Source: Eledone cirrhosa (lineage: Eukaryota). Taken from it: a DNA stretch of 64,000 nucleotides. Each line of letters starts with the position of its first letter. Position 1 is the first letter of the stretch. Under the pieces are notes generated by a model, which ran no database searches, was not told the origin of the DNA, and was given only the letters and a program-made list of their open reading frames with translations. Of the stretch, positions 27,330 to 38,379 are shown in pieces. The DNA lies in assembly GCA_964016885.1 (NCBI GenBank), contig OZ024740.1:358856001-358920000 (forward strand), written 5' to 3'. Made by a program: the position numbers and the translations under genes.

Positions 27330-27926
27330 TGAATAGAGTTACTTTCTCATTAGTGGCGCATATACATAAGCGGAATTAATAGTGCAGCGCATTCAACCAC
27401 TGAAGCAATAAGATTATCAAAATATCAAAATATAACAAATGGATAAAACTATAGTTTGCACCAGGCGTGCACACATGAATCAAGATCTTGCGTCATTAAA
27501 GCATTTGTATGAGATCATTAAACTTGAATGGGTTCTTCTATATCTTCCTTTCTTTTTCATAATCTTTTCGATTATTTTCTTTTTCTTCCTATTATTGCAT
27601 AATACACTGCATTTCCATTTTCTGCAAATATCAGATTTCCTATCAGATAATTTCATGAAAGAACAGCTGCCGCTGTCATCATCGATGTACGTATCCTCGG
27701 CGTTTATCATAGCATGTTGATGGAAATGTTGTTGCAATTGTTTAACGTCATTCTTAACCACCATTGAATGGGTTAAGTCGTGACCATCTTGTCTTTGTTT
27801 CAGATGTAATGTATTCTTGCACCATAAGTTCGATGAATGACATGGGGTGACATATTTGACAAGGGCTGTACGCTTGTCATAGAATTCTTGTGAAGGTATA
27901 CAAAGGTAGTTAACTCTAGCTCTCAT
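27330..27926 (-). pseudogene. Possible N-terminal part of the GPCR pseudogene (148-aa ORF followed by a hydrophobic segment)
   Basis: Longest non-repeat ORF in the region, on the same strand and upstream of the flytrap segments; no diagnostic motif. Confidence 0.25.
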
Positions 27927-28554
27927 TTGGATGCGTTCTTGTTAAGTATATACAAACAAATATGTCACACACACACGGGCATCCTGAATATTAAGAACCG
28001 AAACAAATACTGCAAAGCATTTTACCCAACCTTACAAAAATTCCTAGAAACAGGTTGCGTCACTTTTTGAGACGGTAGGCAGCAATTTGAGGAAGAATTA
28101 GCTTCTATATCTAACAAGTAAAAAAACATAGAGAATGCTATTTTAATTCAATTGTTTACAATTGTAGTATCATGCCTTGGAAAAGTATGCGAGAAACTCC
28201 AATACCTTTACGTTTCAATTGAGTTTGATTTTTGCCTCAGATGAGATAACTAATTCTAGTATTACAATAATCGCTGTTGCTAATTATCTACAACTCTATA
28301 AAATAAATATTACATTTGTTGGACTTCTGTTTAATTAACTGTGAAAGTCCAATCACACAGAAAATGCTATTAGACTGTATCGAATCAGCGGATTTGATGT
28401 CTTGCTTTCACAGATATGTGAGGCAAACTTCTATAAGTAAGAAGAATGTTTAACTGTCTTGTACATTTCTTGTATTGTTCTAATGTTGAATATGATGTCA
28501 CTGTCTTTGCTTTCTTTGTTTATTGTTACCATAGTCATCATTATGTGGAAATAG

Positions 28555-28900
28555 TATGGCCGAATGATTAAGAAGTTACTTTCGAAATCATTAGATCACG
28601 TGTTCGATCCCACTTCGTGACATCTTGATCAAGTGTCATTTAACATAACCCAGAGTTGACGCATGCCTTGTGAGTGAAATTGGGTAGACGGAAGGTGTTT
28701 GGAATCCCGTCGGATAGACTGTAACAGTAATTTAAAATGTCAGCTTTGCCACACAGTTTATCATACTGAATCTCCCAAAAGTTAGGTTATGGGCACATGT
28801 GTATGAGGAATGTTCTGTCACTTACATGTTAATTTCATAAGTAGGCTGTATCGTGGATTGAACAACTAGAACTTATCTTCAAAACCGACGGAGGTCCATT
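28555..28900 (+). mobile_element. Older tRNA-derived SINE of a second family
   Basis: A-box TGGCCGAATGATT, B-box GTTCGATCCC, CORE-like GCCTTGTGAGTGAAATTGGGTAGACGGAA. Confidence 0.65.
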
Positions 28901-29341
28901 CCAGTCATCATTATTGTCGCTTTAGTAATCAACATTAATTATTGTTGGCATCAAAATTATTGCTAACAAAGTGGTTGTTGTTAATGTTGTTGACGTTTGA
29001 ATCATGTTGACCACATCTTACATCTTACTCTCATTCACACCATCAACACTCGTATAATTATCGCTGTCAGCACTACGTCAGATTGGTAAGCATCACATTT
29101 ATACGGTCTCTAATTCAATGTAATCAAGAAATACAGATTCTAATTACTGGAAAGGAAGATATGGTGTTTAGTTACTCTCCTTTATTTTCAGTGTATAAAT
29201 TCTCGCCGTGGCCAATCATGGCTTTCATTAGTCTCGGATTGTTGAATTAATTATTTATTATGTATTAACTTTTTTTTCGAGAGTTGAAATTATCTGCCTA
29301 CATATAATATGCAGTATCGTATCTATCTATATATATATATA

Positions 29342-29375
<34 letters not shown>

Positions 29376-29514
29376 AATAATTAGGTAGATATGAGCTACT
29401 GATATTCATATAAAAACTCGTTATAATTTTTTCATTGTAGAATATAAATATCTTATTGTGAAAATATGCGTTGTTTAAAAAGCCACGTTGCTCGTAGTAA
29501 ATTTTTAATTATCA

Positions 29515-29699
29515 TAATTGTTTCTACTTTTGGCACAAGGCCAGCAATTACCCAGTACATTACTGGTACTTTATTTTATCGACCCCGTAAGGATGAAAGG
29601 CAAAGTTGACCTCGGCGGGATTTGAACTCAGAATGGAAAGGGCCGTAACTCTATGCGTCAAAGCATGGTGTCCGACCCTCCAGCGATACTGCCAATCCA
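29515..29699 (-). mobile_element. tRNA-derived SINE
   Basis: Reverse complement of the family consensus, including boxes and tail. Confidence 0.92.
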
Positions 29700-29810
29700 T
29701 AATGACGTTGCGATGATTCCTCCAAGCTATAAAATAATAGATTTAATTATATCTAGTTGCAGAATTGTGACTTTACACAAACGCATATATAACACATACA
29801 TGCACCATGC

Positions 29811-29841
<31 letters not shown>

Positions 29842-29879
29842 CTAGCTGGCCCTGTGCCACCAAGAATGATGGCTAATTG

Positions 29880-30075
29880 TAATATCTATACATAATAGTA
29901 CCCCTGGCAGTGGAGACTTCTGGTGTCCTCAGCCCCAGGGCTACCTCCTTACTCACCACCATAGGCGCTGAGTTGGCCAGCCGCAGGTGTGAGCCCCGCG
30001 AGTTGGAGTGGCTTTTCCAGCGCGTCTCCCTTGCCGTCCTCTGAGGAAACGTCTTCTCCATTCTGTCCGCCGGGG
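29880..30075 (+). pseudogene. CRE-clade retrotransposon C-terminal RLE fragment
   Basis: VPLAVETSGVLSPRATSLLTTIGAELASRRCEPRELEWLFQRVSLAVL*GNVFSIL matches P.AVET.G....A...L..IG......RE..WL.QR.S.AV.RGN..SIL. Confidence 0.85.
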
Positions 30076-30794
30076 CTGTGGGTGGGCCCCATCGCGTATC
30101 AGGCCGATATATTATGTACCAATCCGACATTGGTGTCGATTCTCCACCCACCTTCTCTCTCTATCCACACACACACACACACCTTTCCTCCTAAAGAGTA
30201 TATAATGGCAAGCTTATTTTAACTTTTAAAACATATTTGCTCGGTTATTCTACTGTAAATTTAATTATATAAAAAAGAGATGTTTGTTTGTTCGATGGTT
30301 CCTTCGCACTCATTCACACATGTTATACAAACATACAAATACAGAGCTGTGATGAATCTTAGAACGCTGGACTTCTATAGGATACATCACAAGGCTATAT
30401 ATATAAATATTATATATATTATTTTTATGTCTGTTATTTCACATTTTCACTGAGAAATATACATCACCATGCAGATGTTATTTTCGATAATGATTAGTGT
30501 ATGAAAACCTGTGCACATTATATAATTATTTATGATAAGAATGTGATGTGCGTTGACTCCATCATTAACAGTCTATTTTTTCCACTAACTAATTATTAAC
30601 TATTAAGTTTTCTACGCGTCGTGTGTCGACGGGAGTGCGTTGCAATAGTAAGAAATACAATAGTTTCTAATATAATAAATGTTTATAATATAATTGAATT
30701 AGAATACAGTCGTGTTTTCAATATAGCTGTGTATATATTAATTTATCTAATTAAATATATGTGAGAAAAACCACAGACCCTCCATCTCAACTCA

Positions 30795-30832
30795 CCTTTT
30801 GAAAAGCAGAAGAACTGCGAAACCGGTAAAGG
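30795..30832 (+). ncRNA. Minimal type I hammerhead ribozyme, U3:A8 core variant
   Basis: CCTT-TTGAAAA-GCAG-AAGAA-CTGC-GAAAC-CG-GTA^AAGG; all three helices pair, and helix III is the palindrome ACCGGT. Confidence 0.75.
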
Positions 30833-30963
30833 AACCAAATAAATATATATATTTTAAAAAAAAATAAGACTCCAGTTGCATTTTCGATTTCATCTCTTTT
30901 TCTTTATACTTTCACTCGTGTAGGACACCTCGGTTATTTTTTAATTTGTAAAAAAAACGTCAC

Positions 30964-31053
<90 letters not shown>

Positions 31054-31262
31054 TAAACAAAACGAAAATCAGTGATGCATCTGGACTCAGTTTATTGCGT
31101 TTTACAATTGTTTCGCCGGCAGGTAGCTCGAGACATGATCACTGTTTGGATCTGGCTGATTTTTCCTTTTTCTATACTATTCACACTCTCCTCTGTAAGA
31201 CTATTGAGTGCTAAATTTGGCATACCGCCTATGGAAGCACCATAGCTACCATTATACACACT

Positions 31263-31310
<48 letters not shown>

Positions 31311-31315
<5 letters not shown>

Positions 31316-31672
31316 ATACTTTGGGAGGGTCATGTTGCCACAACACACACACAGAAACAAAATGGCGTAGGACAGAACAAAGGAGAGGCACAGAAACAAA
31401 GAAAGGAATCCCCAGTCACTGAAGAGGTCACAGAGTGTGTGACGAAAGGACTATGACTATATATAAACAACTATCTGATTGTGGAACCAACCAACCAACC
31501 AGAAATTTATAAATTTATAAACTTGTAAATTTATAAATATATAATAAATTGAAGTGAAAGCAACTGGTGCGTGTGTTTCTTATTGGCAACATGACCCTCC
31601 CAAAGTATAACAATATCGGTTTCAACACACGATTTCAGATAAAGAATCTTGCTAAACAAATTCAGAAACGAA
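31311..31672 (+). mobile_element. pLTR family C copy with 30-bp inverted 5' segment, between (TA)n tracts
   Basis: 31311-31340 is the reverse complement of 31584-31613; carries a hammerhead. Confidence 0.75.
31414..31458 (+). ncRNA. Minimal type I hammerhead ribozyme
   Basis: AGTCA-CTGAAGA-G-GTCACA-GAGTG-TGTGAC-GAAAG-GA-CTA^TGACT; a homologue lies at 37427-37467. Confidence 0.8.
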
Positions 31673-31764
31673 ATATATATATATATATATATATATACAC
31701 GTGTGTATAATGGTAGCTATGGTGCTTCCATAGGCGGTATGCCAAATTTAGCACTCAATATTCT

Positions 31765-31819
<55 letters not shown>

Positions 31820-31824
<5 letters not shown>

Positions 31825-32130
31825 AAAATGTTTGACTCCGACGGCAGAGCTCAAGCCGTTTCGACGGCTATTCCAGTCCAGAAATAGCCGTCGAAACGGC
31901 TTGAGCTCTGCATTCGGAGTCAAACATTTTCCTATTACCCACTCTACTACCCTGTTGCGTTATGGACCTTCTGGTTCCTTACCACACTTCCTTCGTTATT
32001 TTCCGTTCTTTGTCAGGGAACGTTTCTACTAACCAAAGTATCGTCTTCCTGTCTTCCTTCGGTTGCAACGTCTTTCAAAATATTTACTTCTGCGTTCACA
32101 GATTGATTTTTTTTTAGTTTTAGAAGATCC
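31820..32130 (+). mobile_element. Family A element starting with a ~52-bp-arm hairpin
   Basis: 31820-31872 versus 31883-31935 inverted; GAGCTCAAGCCGTTTCGAC.GCTA also at 12101-12148 and 20433-20480, each beside (TA)n. Confidence 0.6.
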
Positions 32131-32174
32131 CATTAAGGGTGGATGCAGCGATTCTTTGCTTAAACTTTAATCTG

Positions 32175-32296
<122 letters not shown>

Positions 32297-32493
32297 GTAT
32301 ATATATAATATTAAAGATACTATTTATAGTTATGTATATACTATACTATAAACAACTATAAACAGGGAAGGTCAGTAATTTATTACTACCTTATTACCAG
32401 TAAGAGAAATAGCTCAATGTAAGAATATCAGTTGCTTTACAGAGCAGTAATATAGATTACACAAGTATCAAAGTTATGTTTAAAACATTTAAT

Positions 32494-32539
32494 CGCTGAC
32501 AATTGTTTCTTCCAAACTTAAGCTTGGGTCCTCGGAGCA
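32494..32539 (-). ncRNA. Hammerhead-like motif with CCGAGGA core
   Basis: Minus strand TGCT-CCGAGGA-C-CCAAGC-TTAA-GTTTGG-AA-GAAAC-AATT-GTC^AGCG; palindromic helix III. Confidence 0.55.
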
Positions 32540-32613
32540 TTATCAATGTTTGTACATATAATTAACCTCCTATTCAACTGAAGATACATATATATTGATG
32601 TTGTGGACAACAG

Positions 32614-32689
<76 letters not shown>

Positions 32690-32693
<4 letters not shown>

Positions 32694-32985
32694 ATACTAT
32701 TGTAATACTATTGCCAGAAATAATAACAGAAGCCACTCACTGTCTGGTTGGTTTTCGCTTCTGCATCTTTTATATCTCTATTTGGCCATCAATGTTTTTC
32801 ATTGATTGACCAGCGGTCAAAAATACAGATATAAATATATATAGATAGTCTAACAAAATTCTTTCGTTGCACATCTGCAACATCATCAGTGGTACTATTA
32901 TCATGTTTTCTCCTATTGTATTGTATTGTATTGTAATGTCTACACCATTTTTATTTTATATATTTATTTATTTTTTTATTTTTGC
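32690..32985 (-). mobile_element. pLTR of the GIY-YIG PLE family, with hammerhead at 32851-32893
   Basis: Homologous to 11370-11650; minus strand ACCA-CTGATGA-T-GTTGCA-GATG-TGCAAC-GAAAGAATTT-TG. Confidence 0.75.
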
Positions 32986-32998
32986 CTCCGTCTCTACG

Positions 32999-33150
32999 CA
33001 GTATGTTACTGGTGCTTTATTTTATCGACCCCGTAAGAATGAAGGCAAAGCCAACCTCAGCGGGATTTGAACTCAGAACATAAAGGGCCATACCTCTATG
33101 TTGGTAAGCATAGCGTCCGACCCTCTACCGATTCTGCCAATCCTCCACCC
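32999..33150 (-). mobile_element. tRNA-derived SINE (tail missing)
   Basis: Family head and core on the minus strand. Confidence 0.85.
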
Positions 33151-33965
33151 TTAACCACAGTAAAAATAATAAAAAGATATACATATATATATTTATGAGA
33201 ACAATGTTAATTAATATACAATGATATTGATCAAATTGTCTTGATGACAATATAGTTGCAAAACTAAACAATCAGATCTAAACAATCACATAACAGATTA
33301 TATTACCAAAACAAACGTACCCAAGACCATACATGGATGTAGAGATATAAAGGGCATACGGAAAGTGGGATGGCATGCAATGATGGTAAATACCGATTCA
33401 TACATGAAGATGGTAAATACCGATTCTTAAAACTTATACAGATCACTTTCGAGCCGAAAAAAAATAATGCAGATTACCATATTTAGATAAATGCGTCATT
33501 AACATTTTCGACTCTCCTGAGTAAGCAACATCTTATTATCCACACATAGCTCCAGCCATCAGCTATGCTGTCAAACCCCCAAATTTGAAAGTGTATGTAA
33601 TATAACAAATAAGTGGGAGGATGGCGGTAGGTCAACAGTTAACATTAGCTCCTCGTTACGGCCATAAGACAACTCAATTTCTAAAATTATAATTTATAAA
33701 ATTATAAATATCAGGAGCTGACCTAGAAGAAGAATATTTTTATCATTATACAATATTATCGACCATTTTGTCTGGTAATTGTTCAAGGACAAAATCGCTG
33801 CGAAAAAAAACGGTCAGAGCTTATACATAGCAGATAATCCCTAGAAAAACGTATCCAAGACCATGCGTATATATATATATACAGATCGAACCGTGAGCTG
33901 ATCAATACCAAAACGTGCGTCACTAATCAATAAACGCGATGAAGACATAACATATCATTCTTTTA

Positions 33966-34045
<80 letters not shown>

Positions 34046-34046
34046 T

Positions 34047-34267
34047 AGAAAGTGATGTTTTTTTTACAAAATGAAAAATAACCAAGGTGTCCTACACGAG
34101 TGAAAGTATAAGGAAAAAAGATGAAATCAAAAATGCAACTGGAGTCTTATTTAAAAAAAAAATATATATATTTATTTGGTTCCTTTACCGGTTTCGCAGT
34201 TCTTCTGCTTTTCAAAAGTAGAGTTGAGATGGAGGGTCTGTGGATCCTCCATCTCAACTCTACTTTT
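34047..34267 (-). mobile_element. pLTR family D copy with U3:A8 hammerhead (34182-34219) and terminal 22-bp hairpin
   Basis: Near-identical reverse complement of 30768-30970; 34214-34235 and 34246-34267 are inverted. Confidence 0.75.
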
Positions 34268-34699
34268 AATGTGTGTACGTATGTGTGAATGTGCTTGTCG
34301 ACACCTGGCATATATATTAAGAGAAACTTCACTATAGGGTGTTCACCCCAACGCTTGAATCTGTTGATGGAACCTTTTCTGCCCTTGTCACCCTCATTTT
34401 AGCCTTAAAGAATTAGCTTCTAAAGAATTTCCCTTTTCTTTAAACCATTGAACCCCACCTATTCTGTAGACACCTGTCCTACAGGCATTGTTACTTGAAG
34501 TGATAAACAAGGATTAGTATTCCAACTTTGAACTTGTTTACAGTATTCTTTCTGCCTTTGTTAATATTATAGCTTTAAGGAATTAGCTTTTAATGAATCC
34601 CCTTTCTTTAAATCCTTCAACCAATGACCTACACCCATCCCAATCCCCACCCTCTCCTACCACCAGATAAGGAAATACATAAATACTACCATTTACTTG

Positions 34700-34949
<250 letters not shown>

Positions 34950-35033
34950 GGTGTAGATAGGTAGATAGATAAATAGATAAGCTTAACTTTTATATATATA
35001 TATATATTATTTGTATATATATATATATATATA

Positions 35034-35076
<43 letters not shown>

Positions 35077-35081
35077 GTGTG

Positions 35082-35178
<97 letters not shown>

Positions 35179-35361
35179 TATATATAGAGAGAGAGATAAG
35201 TTTACCTAAATATACGGTAGTGTCCAATCCGTATGAAGAACTCAATGTAATCCAAATATAGAAGTTATCATGAAAAGAGAAGATACATTCAAAAATTTAC
35301 GATAAAAATCATAAGAAAACGGAGTCAAGATAAATTAATAAAAACAATGAAATAAACAGAA

Positions 35362-35487
35362 ATTTCTGAGGACGGCATGTATATGTGAAGGTATGTATAT
35401 TTCCTCTGATAATTTGTAATATTTTTACATAGATCTATATGATATACATACCAACACACATATACATCCCAGAAACGATCGTAAAAT
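35362..35487 (+). ncRNA. Type I hammerhead ribozyme with ~100-nt helix II
   Basis: ATTT-CTGAGGA-[long hairpin: ATGTATATGTG/CACATATACAT and GGTATGTATAT/ATATACATACC]-GAAAC-GATC-GTA^AAAT. Confidence 0.7.
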
Positions 35488-36186
35488 GATGAATTTGTTA
35501 ATATAAAGAACTTCTTCTTTGTGTTTATTTCATTGTTTTTATTAATTTATATATATATATATATGGGGAGTCTATGTTTGTGTGTTTATATATTGCTAAT
35601 GCCTCGTAATTTAGCGCTCCAATGAATAAAGAGAGATAAATATGTCCCAGTTTTTAAAATGATTCTTAGCATCGAATGATCGAAGAAAAGCCTTCTAAGC
35701 CTGCCGTTTGTCATCGTTTCAATTCAATGTTAAAACAGGTAAAAGAATAAAAATTATATATAAATATTTTCATGAATCAACTCTGTCTTTGGTAGGCTGT
35801 ACTTGCATTTGAATGCATGCGTTCCTTCGGAAATTAGGTTATTGTGCTCACAATATTACTTCGCTATATATTTGTTTTGTCTAGTCAAGATATCTACTTT
35901 TACAGATATTAAAAAGAAAAGCAATATTGATTGAATCAGCTCCAATATAATATAAATGTGGTAATTATGTTTTAATACATGTGTGCATCCGTATGTCTGT
36001 GCGTATGTGTCTAGCTTATAGATATACTCTATTTGTGGTTCGTAGTTCCAACGTGTTTAATCCACAAGTACGCAGCTTCATGGTAACGCATATCTAATGG
36101 GTTGTTATGAACTTTTAGCGAATAATAACCTCGCCGTCTTCATAGTCAGTCAACGTTGATGCTTCTAACTTTCAAATTCAATATAC

Positions 36187-36217
<31 letters not shown>

Positions 36218-36263
36218 AATTAAAATAAATAAGTCAAATATTTAAAATTTGGCTTCGTTTATT

Positions 36264-36318
36264 ACTGCTATATATATTTCGTTGACAGCCATCTTTGGCT
36301 GTGACCTCTTCAGGCAGT
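36264..36318 (-). ncRNA. Minimal type I hammerhead ribozyme (left arm)
   Basis: ACTGC-CTGAAGA-GGTCACAGCCA-AAGA-TGGCTGTCAAC-GAAA-TATATA-TA^GCAGT. Confidence 0.8.
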
Positions 36319-36535
36319 CCGAATTAGTGTGGTAGAGACGAGTATACATATTGTTGAGGTGTACTCTGATATGCCCAGTTCCTGGTTGGGTTGTTGTTTT
36401 TTATGAGGAACTGGAATCATATGATTCCAGTTCCTCATAGAAACAACAACCCAACCAGGAACTGGACATATCAGAGTATTGACAAAGTTAAACACCTCAA
36501 CAACATGTGTACTCGTCTCTACCACACTAATTCGG

Positions 36536-36590
36536 ACTGCCTGAAGAAGTCACAGCCAAAGATGGCTGTCACCGAAATATATATAGCAGT
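36536..36590 (+). ncRNA. Minimal type I hammerhead ribozyme (right arm)
   Basis: ACTGC-CTGAAGA-AGTCACAGCCA-AAGA-TGGCTGTCACC-GAAA-TATATA-TA^GCAGT. Confidence 0.8.
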
Positions 36591-36749
36591 AATAAACGAA
36601 GCCAAATTTTAAATATTTGACTTATTTATTTTAATTTATTTTAATTTATTTTACATTACTCCGGAGTAACCAAAACAACCTGCGCACTTCGTCGAGTGCT
36701 CCAATCTGCATCTGAGGTGTCGGTAAACAACCAACATATACTCAAAATA

Positions 36750-36795
<46 letters not shown>

Positions 36796-37385
36796 CATAT
36801 ATATATATATATATATATATACAGACATACACAAACACACACAATGTATATATATATATATATTTATTTATTTATTTATTAAAATAACAGATTAAAGTTT
36901 AATCTGTTATTTTAATAAATATTTGCTCTACGGTTCTTATATATTTGATATATGTTTATCCTTATCGAGCCCTCTTTGGATTTTAGTAAGTAGCAGGGGC
37001 GCTGTCTCTGCTACTTATTAAGCTATCAATATATAGATATAGTTCAAGAATAGACAGAGATGCAAAACTATAAAGTCGTATTAGTTTCACGGTTATATAT
37101 ATAATGGTAAGAAACACCCAGGAGAGTTGGACAGCAGTAGGCCATCAAAGAAGAACCACTTAATTTCTTATATTCTAAAGGGGCCTGCCAGGCCACATGC
37201 CTATCAGGACTTCTAGGTGCCCTTCTGCTAACATTTAGCTATTTGCATATCAGAGATGTGTGTATTTAGACCGGATGGAGATTTTGTTGACAAGATGTAG
37301 CTGGAATATTTATCCGTTGCCTCTCATGTCAAACTTATATTTTGAAAAAATATCATTAGCAGTCATGCCAGTAGTGAGATACTTG

Positions 37386-37426
<41 letters not shown>

Positions 37427-37427
<1 letters not shown>

Positions 37428-37633
37428 TGAAGCGGTCACAGAATGTGTGACGAAAGAACTTTGACAATATATGAACAACCGACTGGTTGTGGAACCAACC
37501 AACCAACCGGAAATTTATAAAAAAATTTGAAAATATTTTTGAAAAATATTTTTAAATTATAATAAATTGGAGTGAAAGCAACTGGTGCGTGTGTTTCTTA
37601 TTGGCAACATGACCCTCCCAAAGTATAACAATA
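37427..37633 (+). mobile_element. pLTR family C copy starting at the hammerhead core
   Basis: CTGAAGC-G-GTCACA..TGTGAC-GAAAGAACTT-TGACAA; homologous to 31419-31613. Confidence 0.75.
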
Positions 37634-37879
37634 TATATATATATATATGTATGTATGTGTGTGTGTGTGTGTGTGGTGTGTGTGTGAGTCCCGGGTTCAA
37701 TCGGTGGTAACCGCAGTAAGTAAGTACTCAATATATTAGTAGAGTGTAAACATCACATTTAATATAGAAATGGCTTCTACATGACTAGAACTGTTTCAAG
37801 GTGATCACCAGGAAAGCGATTAATTCCTCCGAATAAAACAAAACATAAAACACATACATAAACAAGTGTGTATGTGAGT

Positions 37880-38340
37880 ATATGTGAAATCATACATTAA
37901 CTCTGTTACTGTTGTTATACCAATCTGTGGCTGTTTTCATATTGTATGCATTACCATGTTAATATTCATTAATTCCGGTGCAACACTCACAAAGTTTACC
38001 AAACACAGCATGGCGTCGCCTTCTGATATAAAAGTCACTCTCGGCAAATCACATTCTCGTATACAATTGCAGAATTTGATATCAGCAGATTTGGCAGTGA
38101 CCTCATTCGGTTAGTTTTATCTTTTATTCTCCATGAATCCTTCGCTCACATCATTAGTTTATGTCTCTCTTTGAAGCAAACGCACAAATTCTGCATTTCA
38201 ACATTTTGCGTCACCATTTTGTCATGGTTTCTTTTATTGTTAAGAGTGTAATCGCCATTAATTAACCGAATTTTGAAACAGAAATATGCATTCATTTCTC
38301 TGTTTACTCTTGTCATCATTATCTTCAAAATATAATTAAT
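37880..38340 (+). pseudogene. Possible class A GPCR remnant (TM1-TM3)
   Basis: Hydrophobic stretch, then LQNLISADLAV resembling NLA.ADL.V, then VKSVIAIN*P resembling ER.IAI..P. Confidence 0.3.
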
Positions 38341-38379
38341 GGGCATAGTTATAACTTACAACACCGCTACCGTTTCTAC

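Larger units (their letters stand above)
36215..36748. mobile_element. Fold-back pLTR dimer (~425-bp palindrome centred at 36420/36421) between (TA)n tracts
   Basis: Arms 36215-36420 and 36421-36639 differ by a few substitutions and one ~13-nt indel; the right arm continues to (TA)n. Confidence 0.8.

Noticed and set aside
33895-33925. Additional hammerhead-like strings (also 36104-36145 minus and 13225-13262 minus)
   Set aside because: Two or more core mutations and unclosed helices; not distinguishable from chance without a consensus.
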